This document shows, piece after piece, positions 9,163 to 18,829 of a stretch of 64,000 nucleotides of DNA. The position numbers were made by a program, and so were the translations under genes. This DNA comes from Bacillota bacterium (lineage in GTDB: Bacteria; Patescibacteriota; Patescibacteriia; Patescibacteriales; UBA12465). The stretch spans positions 75,005 through 139,004 of the forward strand of contig JBLNBA010000004.1 in NCBI GenBank assembly GCA_050259635.1, in the 5' to 3' direction. Position 1 is the first letter of the stretch. Each line of letters opens with the position of its first letter. Below the pieces are notes generated by a model that searched no databases, was not told the origin of the DNA, and saw nothing but the letters and a program-made list of their open reading frames with translations.

Positions 9163-10407
9163 ATGAAGATGACAAAAGGAATATACGATAAGGAGAAGGG
9201 AATATCGGTAAATTTACGCCGGTTGGGCATAATATTGCTAATGGCTGCATCTTTTGCGGCCGGTCTTTCCTGGTCTAAAGGCGCCAACACGGATAAGCAG
9301 CTGGCCTATTCTCCCGAGGCGATAAAGAATGATCAGCACGCGACTTTTGATTTCGGGCTTTATTGGGAAGTTTGGGACAAGCTGAAAAGTGATTATGTCG
9401 ATAAGAATAAGGTGAAGGATGAGGAAATGTTTTATGGCTCGTTAAGAGGCCTGGCCGCATCGATGGATGATCCTTATACGGTCTTCATGGATCCGAAAGA
9501 GACCAAGGAATTCAATGAAGATCTTTCCGGTACCTTTGAAGGAATTGGGGCGGAAGTCGGGATGCGTAACGACCTAGTGACCGTCATTGCGCCATTGGCG
9601 GGGATGCCGGCTGAAAAAGCCGGTGTTCGTGCGGGCGACAAGGTCTACGCCATTGACGGGTCTAGCACCATAGGGCTTACTGTCGACGAGGCGGTGAAGA
9701 AGATTCGTGGCCCGAAGGGGACTGAAGTGACCCTGACCGTCATTCATCCAAATGAAGATAAGCCGGTGGATATAAAGATAACTCGAGGCGTCATCGTAGT
9801 TAAAAGTGTGAAGACTGAGCAGCGGAATGACGGCGTTATGGTTATTACCGTTTCAAATTTCAATGACGATACTTTAGACCTATTTAACCAAGCTGCCCGT
9901 GAGGCGGTTTCCAAGAAACCGAAGGGTATTATCCTGGATCTGCGCAACAATCCGGGCGGTTATCTCGACACGGCGATTGCGATGGCCAGCGCCTGGGTCA
10001 AGGAAGGGCCGGTGGTCGTCGAACAGTTCGGCGAAGGCAAAAGGGAAGAGTATTTTGCTTCCGGCAACTCGTCTTTGGGTGGTTTCAAGACGGTCGTCCT
10101 TATCAATGGCGGGAGTGCGTCTGCTTCGGAAATTGTCGCCGGTGCTTTGAGGGACTATAAGAAAGCGACGCTGGTGGGCGAAAAATCCTTTGGCAAAGGA
10201 TCCGTGCAGGGGCTCCGCGATCTCTCTGGCGGTTCTTCGCTCAAGGTGACGGTGGCAAAGTGGCTCACACCAAATGGCGATTTCATCGATGAAAAGGGAA
10301 TTGATCCGCAAATTAAAGTGGAACTTACTAATGAAGATGTAAATAACGGGCGCGATCCCCAAATGGCGGAAGCACTCAAGCTCATCTTACAGAAAGCCAA
10401 GAAATAA
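9163..10407 (+). CDS. S41 family C-terminal processing peptidase with a PDZ domain
   Basis: N-terminal TM helix, PDZ motif 'PAEKAGVRAGDKVYAIDG', and catalytic regions 'GGSASASEIVAGALRD' and 'GEKSFGKGSVQ'. Confidence 0.9.
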   Translation: MKMTKGIYDKEKGISVNLRRLGIILLMAASFAAGLSWSKGANTDKQLAYSPEAIKNDQHATFDFGLYWEVWDKLKSDYVDKNKVKDEEMFYGSLRGLAASMDDPYTVFMDPKETKEFNEDLSGTFEGIGAEVGMRNDLVTVIAPLAGMPAEKAGVRAGDKVYAIDGSSTIGLTVDEAVKKIRGPKGTEVTLTVIHPNEDKPVDIKITRGVIVVKSVKTEQRNDGVMVITVSNFNDDTLDLFNQAAREAVSKKPKGIILDLRNNPGGYLDTAIAMASAWVKEGPVVVEQFGEGKREEYFASGNSSLGGFKTVVLINGGSASASEIVAGALRDYKKATLVGEKSFGKGSVQGLRDLSGGSSLKVTVAKWLTPNGDFIDEKGIDPQIKVELTNEDVNNGRDPQMAEALKLILQKAKK

Positions 10408-10437
10408 CCAGTTCCCTTCATAAGGGAAGGTACGACT

Positions 10438-12156
10438 ATGAAAAAGATTAAAATAGAGAAGGAAAAGATTAAAACGACGAAGTATATCTTTGTTGTCGGC
10501 GGGGTGATGTCTGGAGTAGGAAAAGGAGTCAGTACCGCTTCTATCGGCCAGATTTTACAGGCACGTGGCTACCGCGTTAGTTCCATCAAGATGGATCCCT
10601 ATATCAACGTTGATGCCGGAACCATGAATCCGATTGAACACGGTGAAGTCTTCGTGACTGAAGATGGCGATGAAACAGACCAGGATTTGGGGAATTACGA
10701 GCGTTTCCTCGGTAAGAATATCTATCGTGAGAACTACATGACCACCGGACGCATCTACCAGACAGTTATCAATCGCGAACGGAATCTTGAATACAAAGGC
10801 AAGTGCGTCCAAGTGGTTCCTCATATCCCGATGGAAATCCGAGACCGTATCGATAAAGCGGCCGAAAAGAGCCAGGCGGAGATCATGACGATAGAAATCG
10901 GGGGCACCGTCGGCGAATATGAGAATCTCCTCTTTCTGGAGGCGGCCCGCGTGATGAAGCTTTATCATCCGAAGGACGTCTTGTTCGTGATCGTATCGTA
11001 TCTGCCGGTGCCGAATATGATTGGTGAGATGAAGACCAAACCAACCCAGCATGCCGTCCGCAATCTGAACAGCGCCGGTATCCAGCCGGACTTCTTAATT
11101 GCTCGCAGTGAACGCCCGATAGATTATGCTCGGAAAGAGAAGCTGGCCATCCACTGCAATGTCGCTATCGAGGACGTGATTGCCGCCCCGGATGCAGAAT
11201 CCATCTACGATATCCCTTTGAATTTCGAGAAGGAAAATATGAGCGAACGGATACTGGACAAGCTCGGGCTTCCTCTGCGCAAAAAGCAGATTGATAATGC
11301 CGATTGGAAGAAATTCGTCCAGGCGACTAAGAATCCTTTGAAGGAGATCCAAGTCGGGATCGTGGGCAAATATTTCACCACCGGAGATTTCTCTCTAACC
11401 GACTCCTATATCTCCGTCATCGAGGCGGTGAAACACGCCGGTGCCGCTAATCGCTGTAAAGTGCATCTACATTGGTTGAATGCCGAAGATATTGAAAAGC
11501 AGGGAACCGGGTGTCTGAAGGGCTTGGACGGGATCATTATCCCTCAAGGATGGGGCGGGCGCGGTTCTGAGGGCAAGATTGCTTCGATTCGCTATTGTCG
11601 CGAAAATGGCGTGCCATATTTCGGATTGTGCTATGGAATGCAGATGGCGGTGATCGAATTTGCCCGGAATGTGGCCGGCTTGAAGGGAGCTAATTCGGCT
11701 GAAGTTGACCCTAAGACTCCTTATCCCGTCATTCATATCATGCCCGGCCAGGAAAAGCTGATTGCCGAAAAAGGTTACGGCGGAACCATCCGCCTCGGCG
11801 GTTGGCCTTGCAAGCTCCAGCCCGGCACGCGTTTGGCTAAAGCATATTCCCGTTATACCAAAAACAAGGTCGTGAGTGAGCGGCATCGCCACCGTTATGA
11901 GTTTAATAACGATTTTCGTAACCGTTTCGAGGCCTTGGGACTGACAATCGGGGGTGCCTCGCCTGATGGGTCGATCGTCGAGGCCATCGAACTGGAAAAC
12001 CATCCTTTCTTTGTCGGCGTGCAGTTCCATCCGGAATATATCTCGCGCCCGCTTTCTCCGCATCCATTATTCGTAGAGTTCGTGCGCTCTTGCTTGCCTA
12101 AAGAACAAACGGCGGCGGCACCGAAGAAACGCAAATTAGTCCCGGTGAGGGCATAA
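10438..12156 (+). CDS. pyrG: CTP synthase
   Basis: Sequences 'YIFVVGGVMSGVGKG' and 'DPYINVDAGTMNP', plus the glutaminase motifs 'GLCYGMQ' and 'HRHRYEFN'. Confidence 0.97.
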   Translation: MKKIKIEKEKIKTTKYIFVVGGVMSGVGKGVSTASIGQILQARGYRVSSIKMDPYINVDAGTMNPIEHGEVFVTEDGDETDQDLGNYERFLGKNIYRENYMTTGRIYQTVINRERNLEYKGKCVQVVPHIPMEIRDRIDKAAEKSQAEIMTIEIGGTVGEYENLLFLEAARVMKLYHPKDVLFVIVSYLPVPNMIGEMKTKPTQHAVRNLNSAGIQPDFLIARSERPIDYARKEKLAIHCNVAIEDVIAAPDAESIYDIPLNFEKENMSERILDKLGLPLRKKQIDNADWKKFVQATKNPLKEIQVGIVGKYFTTGDFSLTDSYISVIEAVKHAGAANRCKVHLHWLNAEDIEKQGTGCLKGLDGIIIPQGWGGRGSEGKIASIRYCRENGVPYFGLCYGMQMAVIEFARNVAGLKGANSAEVDPKTPYPVIHIMPGQEKLIAEKGYGGTIRLGGWPCKLQPGTRLAKAYSRYTKNKVVSERHRHRYEFNNDFRNRFEALGLTIGGASPDGSIVEAIELENHPFFVGVQFHPEYISRPLSPHPLFVEFVRSCLPKEQTAAAPKKRKLVPVRA

Positions 12157-12173
12157 TAAAATTCCAATAGATA

Positions 12174-12203
12174 AAAAAATAACGCCCTGAGGCGTTATTT
12201 TTG
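12174..12203. terminator. bidirectional terminator between pyrG (+) and rpmA (-)
   Basis: Sequence 'aaaaaaataacgccctgaggcgttattttt': a 6-bp stem flanked by an A-tract and a T-tract. Confidence 0.8.
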
Positions 12204-12222
12204 TATTCTCCGTTATGATATT

Positions 12223-12498
12223 TTATCTGACGACGCTGACGAACTTGGTGGTTTTGAGATTTCCGTCGAATTTCTTCAGTTTCTTGGTGCTGAATTTGAC
12301 TTTTCCATCGGCCACTGCAAAGAGCGTATCGTCGTTACCGCGAGATACGTTTTCGCCCGGATGGTACTTGGTTCCGCGCTGGCGGATGATGATGTTGCCG
12401 GCCTTAGCGTCTTGACCGTCCGAGAGTTTAACGCCTAAGCGTTTGCTTTCAGAATCGCGTCCTAACGAGGTTGAACCGGCGGCCTTCTTATGTGCCAT
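12223..12498 (-). CDS. rpmA: 50S ribosomal protein L27
   Basis: Sequence '[24 protein letters not shown]...[16 protein letters not shown]'. Confidence 0.95.
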   Translation of the reverse strand: MAHKKAAGSTSLGRDSESKRLGVKLSDGQDAKAGNIIIRQRGTKYHPGENVSRGNDDTLFAVADGKVKFSTKKLKKFDGNLKTTKFVSVVR

Positions 12499-12526
12499 AC
12501 TGGTCTCAAAGCGCTGTCTGCCGTCT

Positions 12527-12609
12527 AAAAAAAAGAAACGGCCGGCCGCTTTTCGTTATGATTTATTTATCAGTAAGGCTAATATAACAAAATAATCGGC
12601 GGGTGTCAA
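12527..12609 (-). promoter_or_regulatory. rpmA promoter and a leader containing a terminator-like hairpin
   Basis: On the minus strand: TTGACA (12609..12604), a 17-nt spacer, then TATATT (12586..12581). The leader carries a short GC hairpin ('aagcggccggccgttt') followed by 'cUUUUUUUU', about 30 nt before the ATG. Confidence 0.35.
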
Positions 12610-12720
12610 ATGCCTTTTTCGGGCTCGATCTATGGGCTGAAGACGGCTGTTATTTTTCTGTAAAACTTGATATAATTCGGATGTAGACTATTAATAATGA
12701 CATAGGGGATCGGCCGGCAT

Positions 12721-12918
12721 ATGCAGGCTGTTTTTTCCGCTAACCATATGGTGAAAGTTGATCAGAAGAAGTGTATCGGCTGCGGCTTATGCGTCAGCAT
12801 GTGCCCGGAGGTCTTTCGTTTTAACGAAGAAGGAAAATCTGAGGCTTATTCCCAGGATAATCCGGCTTGTGCAGCCGATGCCGCCGCCGGCTGTCCGGTG
12901 GTAGCGATTACTTTATAA
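12721..12918 (+). CDS. small 4Fe-4S ferredoxin
   Basis: Sequence 'CIGCGLCVSMCP' plus a distal 'GCP'. An extended -10 element, TGATATAAT, lies at 12668..12676. Confidence 0.8.
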   Translation: MQAVFSANHMVKVDQKKCIGCGLCVSMCPEVFRFNEEGKSEAYSQDNPACAADAAAGCPVVAITL

Positions 12919-12925
12919 ACTTTTT

Positions 12926-13396
12926 ATGGATGTTATCAAGAGCCCGGAAAGGCCGGCTGCAAACACAAAAGAGAATATATCAGAAAGCAGTCGCGTCGAA
13001 CATCCCGCAGAATTGCCGGAAAAGCAGGAAGAGCGCAAAACAAAACCTGTTGAACAAGCCCGGCCCGTTGTGGCAGCCGCACCGATGGCGGATGTAAAGA
13101 TGCAAGATGATTACCGACTCAGAAGAGGGAAGGAGATTGACGCAATCCTTGCTGACGGTCTTGATAAGATTTACCTGGGAATGAAACCGGAAGAGCAGAA
13201 GGTATTCAAACAGGAAGGAGAGAAAACGGCAGCGGCCATTAATCGCTTGATGGATAAAGCCAAGGCGGGAGTAGGGAAGATAATTTCGCTTATCAAGCAT
13301 TGGCTCGGTCTAATACCAGGAGCCAATAAATATTTCTTGGAGCAAGAGGCGAAAATTAAAGCGGATAGAATATTGAAGATAAATAAGAGTATTTGA
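12926..13396 (+). CDS. hypothetical protein: charged N-terminus, helical C-terminus
   Basis: 156-aa ORF packed tightly between the ferredoxin gene (7-nt gap) and the VirD4-like gene (1-nt gap). No recognisable motif. Confidence 0.6.
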   Translation: MDVIKSPERPAANTKENISESSRVEHPAELPEKQEERKTKPVEQARPVVAAAPMADVKMQDDYRLRRGKEIDAILADGLDKIYLGMKPEEQKVFKQEGEKTAAAINRLMDKAKAGVGKIISLIKHWLGLIPGANKYFLEQEAKIKADRILKINKSI

Positions 13397-13397
13397 T

Positions 13398-15959
13398 ATG
13401 GCATTATTTTTTGCCAGCTTGTCTGCTTTTTTAACCAGCGATGCCGGTGCGGGCGTGCTGGCTTTTATTATCCTTTTTGTTGGGTTTGGGGCGCTTTATG
13501 GGCTGGTTCTGGCTATCCGGAGTGTCGTCCGTTCTCTTTCAACCGATCATGCATATTTTGATCATCAGGTTTTTTTGATTCGTTTACCCAAAGAGAAGCC
13601 GAAAGATGAGAACAAAGATACGACCCTTCAGCAAATGCGTGAAGAAATCGCCGTCGGTGAGACCATCTTCGCCAGTATCGGTGGTCTAAAGGCGCAACGT
13701 AGCCTTACTTCCTGGTTTCTAGGCCGCAACGATCATTTTTCCTTTGAGGTAGTCGCTAACCGAGGGAAGATTGCTTTCTATGCGGTTGCCCCAGGACATC
13801 TGGCTCGATATCTTGAGCAACAGATTACCGCCCACTATCCCGATGCCGTCATTGAAGAGGTGGAGGATTACAATGCTTTCGCTCCCAAAGGAGAAATTGA
13901 GGCGGCCTATCTCATGACTCGAAAGAGTTTCGTCTTGCCGCTTAGGACTTACCAGAAAATGGAGGTTGATCCTCTGAATTCCTTGATCAATATCATGTCT
14001 AAGCTGGAGGCGGATGAGAGCATGGCTGTCCAGTATGTGGTGCGCAGCGCTTTCGGCTCCTGGCATCGGCTGGTGCGCCGGATTGTGCGCCGTATACAGC
14101 AAAAGAATTCCGTTCGCGACGGCATCCGCAGTTCCAGCTTATGGTGGCGGGCGGCCGGGGTCATGAGCGATATGCTGGGTTCTGTTTATAAGGAAGCTGC
14201 TCAGAAAGAGCAGGATCTTAAAGCGCCTAAGCGTCTCTCGGTGATTGAGGAAGAGACTTTGAAGGCGATCGAGGAAAAGAACCTACGTGCCGGTCTTGAT
14301 GTGAATGTCCGCCTGGTCGTATCCAGCCCGGATTGCAAGCGAGCAGCTACTTATCTGGAAAATGCTTCCAGCGTCTATTCTGAATATAACAACTACAGTT
14401 ACGGTAATGTTTTCTCTAGAGCGATTAGGACTGGCCAAGAAAGGCAAATCCGAGATTTTATCCATCGTCGCTTTCGCGATGACCGCTCGTTCCTGCTTAA
14501 TACCGAAGAACTTACCAGTCTGTATCATCTGCCGCTCAAACACCTTGAGACTCCGAACATAATGTGGCTTACCGCCAAAAACGCGCCTGCTCCGGCCGAC
14601 GTTCCCTCTGAGGGCATGCTTTTGGGGCACAACGTGTATCGCGGCGTTTCCAAGGATATCCGCATTAAACGTACCGATCGCCGCCGGCATACCTATATCA
14701 TTGGTAAGTCTGGCGTCGGGAAATCCGTCCTGCTTGCTAACATGGCCATTCAGGACATCCAGAACGGGGAAGGGGTCTGCGTGCTTGATCCCCATGGAGA
14801 TTTGATCGAAGATATTTTACAGCGTATACCGCCGGAAAGGGCTGATGATGTGGTCGTTTTTTCACCGGCGGATACCGAACGCCCACTGGCGCTAAATTTG
14901 CTTGAATACGATCCCCGATATCCGGAACAGAAGAGCTTCGTGATCAATGAACTTATCGGGATATTTGATAAGCTTTACGATCTCAAGCAGACTGGCGGTC
15001 CGATGTTTGAACAGTACATGCGCAATGCTCTCTTACTCATAATGGATGATCCTGACAGCGGCTCAACGCTGATGGAGGTGCCAAAAGTACTGGCAGACGA
15101 GAACTTCCGCAAAATGAAGCTTGCCCGTTGCCAGAATAGGACGGTGGTCGATTTCTGGAAGAAAGAAGCGGAGAAAGCCGGCGGGGATGCGGCTCTGGCT
15201 AATATCGTCCCTTATATCACTTCCAAACTTACCGCCTTTATTTCGAATGACATGATGCGGCCGATCATCGGGCAGCAGCAGAGCTCCTTTAATTTCCGGG
15301 ATATCATGGACCGCCAAAAGATTCTGTTGATCGATTTGCCGAAAGGCGTGGTCGGAGAGATGAACGCTTATCTGCTTGGCATGATCGTGGTCGGGAAGAT
15401 ACTTATGGCGGCTTTATCCCGAACGGATATTCCCGCTGACAGCCGGAAGGATTTTTATCTTTACATTGATGAGTTCCAGAACTTTACCACGAATTCTATC
15501 TGCCAGATATTATCGGAGGCACGAAAGTATGCTTTGAACCTCGTTATCGCTCACCAGTATATCGGCCAATTAGTCAAAGCAAATTCGGCCAGCCGTACCT
15601 CCGAGATCAAGGATGCGGTGTTTGGGAACGTCGGGACGATGGTTGCTTTCAAAATTGGGACCGAAGATGCCGAGTTCCTCTCTAAGGAATTCGCCCCAGT
15701 ATTTAACGTCTATGATTTGCTAAATATTGACAAAGGAACCGCTTATATTAAATTGTTAGTGGATAATAGCCCGACCCGTCCCTTTTCGATGAAGACCGTC
15801 TGGCCGCTCATTGGTGTCCGACAGGAGGGAATCTCCTCTAAAATTAGGGCGCTTTCCCGGCTCAAGTACGGGCAAGACCGTTCAATCGTCGAGGCGGAAA
15901 TCATCCGACGCAGCGAAGCGATTTTGCCTAGTCATGCCAGTGTTGCCGTTACGAAATAA
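13398..15959 (+). CDS. membrane-anchored VirD4/TraD/TraG-like (type IV coupling protein-like) P-loop ATPase
   Basis: N-terminal TM region, Walker A 'IIGKSGVGKS' and Walker B 'FYLYIDEFQNF'. The size and layout fit the T4SS DNA-binding coupling-protein family. Confidence 0.75.
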   Translation: MALFFASLSAFLTSDAGAGVLAFIILFVGFGALYGLVLAIRSVVRSLSTDHAYFDHQVFLIRLPKEKPKDENKDTTLQQMREEIAVGETIFASIGGLKAQRSLTSWFLGRNDHFSFEVVANRGKIAFYAVAPGHLARYLEQQITAHYPDAVIEEVEDYNAFAPKGEIEAAYLMTRKSFVLPLRTYQKMEVDPLNSLINIMSKLEADESMAVQYVVRSAFGSWHRLVRRIVRRIQQKNSVRDGIRSSSLWWRAAGVMSDMLGSVYKEAAQKEQDLKAPKRLSVIEEETLKAIEEKNLRAGLDVNVRLVVSSPDCKRAATYLENASSVYSEYNNYSYGNVFSRAIRTGQERQIRDFIHRRFRDDRSFLLNTEELTSLYHLPLKHLETPNIMWLTAKNAPAPADVPSEGMLLGHNVYRGVSKDIRIKRTDRRRHTYIIGKSGVGKSVLLANMAIQDIQNGEGVCVLDPHGDLIEDILQRIPPERADDVVVFSPADTERPLALNLLEYDPRYPEQKSFVINELIGIFDKLYDLKQTGGPMFEQYMRNALLLIMDDPDSGSTLMEVPKVLADENFRKMKLARCQNRTVVDFWKKEAEKAGGDAALANIVPYITSKLTAFISNDMMRPIIGQQQSSFNFRDIMDRQKILLIDLPKGVVGEMNAYLLGMIVVGKILMAALSRTDIPADSRKDFYLYIDEFQNFTTNSICQILSEARKYALNLVIAHQYIGQLVKANSASRTSEIKDAVFGNVGTMVAFKIGTEDAEFLSKEFAPVFNVYDLLNIDKGTAYIKLLVDNSPTRPFSMKTVWPLIGVRQEGISSKIRALSRLKYGQDRSIVEAEIIRRSEAILPSHASVAVTK

Positions 15960-15970
15960 TAATATTGTCT

Positions 15971-17542
15971 ATGCCTACTATATACCGTGATTACCGACCG
16001 CAGAAGTTCGCTGATATCCTCGGCCAGAACCATCTAAAGATTACTCTGCAAAATGAGCTCGCCTCCGGTTCGCTGGGGCAGGCATATCTTTTTTGCGGTC
16101 CGCGAGCGGTGGGGAAGACTTCGATGGCTCGCGTGCTGGCGCAGGCGGTAAACTGTGAACGGCGTACCGCCGGTGAATCCGAGCCTTGTGGCGCTTGTCC
16201 GAGCTGCGAGGCTATCCGCAAGGGTTCTTTTTTGGATGTGATGGAAATTGATGCTGCTTCAAATACGGGTGTGGATAATGTCCGGGAGAATGTGATTTCA
16301 ACTGCCCGATTGGCGCCGGCCTCCGGAAAGATGCGGGTGTTTATCATCGATGAAGTCCACATGCTTTCCATTTCCGCCTTTAATGCGCTGCTTAAAATTA
16401 TCGAAGAACCGCCGCGCCATGTGTTGTTCATCCTTTGTACGACTGAAGTGCACAAGGTTCCCGGCACGATTGTCTCCCGTTGCCAGCGTTTCGATTTCAA
16501 GCGTATAAGCCCGGCGGAAATCATTCTTAAGCTCGGCCGTATCGCCGGGGAAGAGAAGGTTGATGTCAGCCGGGAAGTTTTAGAAGATGTCGCTCGCCAA
16601 AGCGGAGGTCATTTGCGTGATGCCGAGAGCTTATTCGGCCAAGTTTTGGCTCTGGGAAGCAAGAAGATCGGTGCGGAAGAAGCGGGATTGGTTTTGCCGC
16701 GCCATCACCATGAAGAGGCCTTAGAGTTTATTGGAGCGATTGCCGATAAGGATGCCGGAGCAGCGGTCTCGCAGATAAACCGACTCGCCGATAACGGCGT
16801 AAATTTCAAGAATTTCAATGAAGAGCTTTTGATGATGCTTCGGAAGATCATGCTCCAATCCGCCCAGCCGGGTTTGGCGGAAAAACTCGGATTAGATTTC
16901 GGAGAACAAATCGAACTTAAGATCGGGGCCTTGGCCTCTAGGCTGCCCTTGCCGATGTGCTTAAAGGCTTTGCGTCGTATTGTCTTGCTTGTCCAGGAGA
17001 AATCGTCTCCGATACCTCAGTTACCTTTGGAAATCGCGGCGGTAGAACTCTGTTTGTCGGAAGAAAAAAGCATTGTGGTGAAATCTCAGCCGATATCGTC
17101 CTTGGCAGGAAATCCTTCGGGCCACGCTATTAAGCCACCGTCGGCAAAGCCGGAAGCGATGGCCGCCGATCTTGATGAAAGCCAGGTATCCGAGCGTTGG
17201 CCGGAAGTATTGGTAAAAATTAAAAAGTATAACCATTCGTTGTCATTCGTTCTTCAGAATTGCGCTCCTCAGACTCTGATTTCCGGCACCTTGTCATTGC
17301 GCTTCAAATATAAGTTTCATCGCGACCGTATCCTTGATGCCTCGGTCAGAGGGATAGTAGAGTCTACCCTGGCGGAAGTCTTTGCGGGCAAAGTGATTGT
17401 CGAAGCCTTGCTTGATGAAAGCCTTGAATTGGACCCCCCGTCTACTCCGGAAGCAACGGTTGCCCAAGCGGAAGTAAATAACGCTTCCGACGGAGTCTTG
17501 GGAAGCCTTCTCCAAAGTTTTGGCGGAGAGGCGGTATCATAA
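15971..17542 (+). CDS. dnaX: DNA polymerase III subunit gamma/tau
   Basis: Sequences 'AYLFCGPRAVGKTS', the Zn module 'CERRTAGESEPCGACPSC', 'IIDEVHMLS' and 'SRCQRFDF'. Confidence 0.92.
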   Translation: MPTIYRDYRPQKFADILGQNHLKITLQNELASGSLGQAYLFCGPRAVGKTSMARVLAQAVNCERRTAGESEPCGACPSCEAIRKGSFLDVMEIDAASNTGVDNVRENVISTARLAPASGKMRVFIIDEVHMLSISAFNALLKIIEEPPRHVLFILCTTEVHKVPGTIVSRCQRFDFKRISPAEIILKLGRIAGEEKVDVSREVLEDVARQSGGHLRDAESLFGQVLALGSKKIGAEEAGLVLPRHHHEEALEFIGAIADKDAGAAVSQINRLADNGVNFKNFNEELLMMLRKIMLQSAQPGLAEKLGLDFGEQIELKIGALASRLPLPMCLKALRRIVLLVQEKSSPIPQLPLEIAAVELCLSEEKSIVVKSQPISSLAGNPSGHAIKPPSAKPEAMAADLDESQVSERWPEVLVKIKKYNHSLSFVLQNCAPQTLISGTLSLRFKYKFHRDRILDASVRGIVESTLAEVFAGKVIVEALLDESLELDPPSTPEATVAQAEVNNASDGVLGSLLQSFGGEAVS

Positions 17543-17561
17543 ATATTAATCAGTAAATAAT

Positions 17562-18824
17562 ATGTTGGATTTAAAACAGATCAGGGAAAAAAAGGAGGAA
17601 GTGGCGACAGCGTTGGCTAAGAGAATGGACGCAGATAAGATCGGATTAGATGAGATCATCGCCTTGGATGACCGCCGGCGTGAGCTTATCAAGGAAAGTG
17701 AAGGCTTGAAGGCAGAACGTAACCAGGCTTCAAAGTCTAAGCCGGATGCCCAAACTATCGCCGCCATGAAGACGCTGGGCGAAAGGATCAAGGATTTAGA
17801 GCTTAGCTTGGATGCTTTGGAAAGCGAATTGAAAGACAAGCTTTCGGCTCTCCCTAACATACCGGCGGATGATGTTATTGCCGGGGGAAAGGAAAATAAT
17901 GAAGTCGTTTATACTCATGGAGATAAGCCGATTTTCGGTTTCGAACCTAAGGATCATGTTGCCCTGGCGGAAGATTTGGGGATTATCGACTACGAGCGTG
18001 CAGCGAAGATGTCCGGTAGCGGCTTCTGGTGTTATCGGGGCATGGGGGCGTTATTGGAATGGGCACTGCTTTCTTATTTCATCACTTTCCATAATCGTAA
18101 CGGTTACCAGTTCCTGATCCCTCCTTTCATGCTTACCGAGAAATCCGCCTATACTTCCGGCCACTTGCCGAAATTCCGCGATGATCTTTACTGGACTCAG
18201 GATGAACTCTGCCTTAATGCTACCAGCGAAATGATGTTGGGGAATTATCATCGGGAGGAGCTTCTGCCGGCGAGCAGCCTGCCGCTGAAGTATTTTGCTT
18301 ATTCACCTTGTTTCCGAAGGGAGGCGGGAAGCTATCGCCAGGAAGAACGAGGCATGGTACGCGGGCATCAGTTCAATAAGGTGGAAATGTTCATCTTTTG
18401 CAAGGAAGAGGATTCATGGAAGATGTTTGATGAGCTAGTGGATAATGCCAAGCAATTAGTGGAAGGATTAGGACTCCATTACCAGCTTTCTAAGCTTGCT
18501 GCCGGCGATTGTAGCGCCGCAATGGCTAAGACTTATGATCTGGAAGTATGGCTGCCGAGCATGGGGATCTATAAGGAAGTGAGCAGCGTTTCTAACGCTC
18601 TCGCTTACCAAGCGCGCCGCGGGCAGACCAGATATAAGAATGAAGCCGGCGACAATGTATTCGTCCATACCCTTAATGGCTCCGGCTTGGCTACGAGCCG
18701 CTTGCTTCCGGCAATACTTGAACAGAATCAGCAAGCAGACGGGTCCGTGCGTATTCCGGTAGCCTTGAAGCCTTTTATCCCCGGTTCGCCAGATTTCATT
18801 TTTCCGGATAAGAATAAGATCTAA
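17562..18824 (+). CDS. serS: serine--tRNA ligase
   Basis: N-terminal coiled-coil arm plus class II motifs 'FRREAGS', 'RGHQFNKVE' and 'HTLNGSGLATSR'. Confidence 0.95.
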   Translation: MLDLKQIREKKEEVATALAKRMDADKIGLDEIIALDDRRRELIKESEGLKAERNQASKSKPDAQTIAAMKTLGERIKDLELSLDALESELKDKLSALPNIPADDVIAGGKENNEVVYTHGDKPIFGFEPKDHVALAEDLGIIDYERAAKMSGSGFWCYRGMGALLEWALLSYFITFHNRNGYQFLIPPFMLTEKSAYTSGHLPKFRDDLYWTQDELCLNATSEMMLGNYHREELLPASSLPLKYFAYSPCFRREAGSYRQEERGMVRGHQFNKVEMFIFCKEEDSWKMFDELVDNAKQLVEGLGLHYQLSKLAAGDCSAAMAKTYDLEVWLPSMGIYKEVSSVSNALAYQARRGQTRYKNEAGDNVFVHTLNGSGLATSRLLPAILEQNQQADGSVRIPVALKPFIPGSPDFIFPDKNKI

Positions 18825-18829
18825 GACGC

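Noticed and set aside
17543-17561. T-box leaders upstream of serS and metG.
   Set aside because: There is no space. serS starts 19 nt after dnaX, and metG overlaps rsmI.
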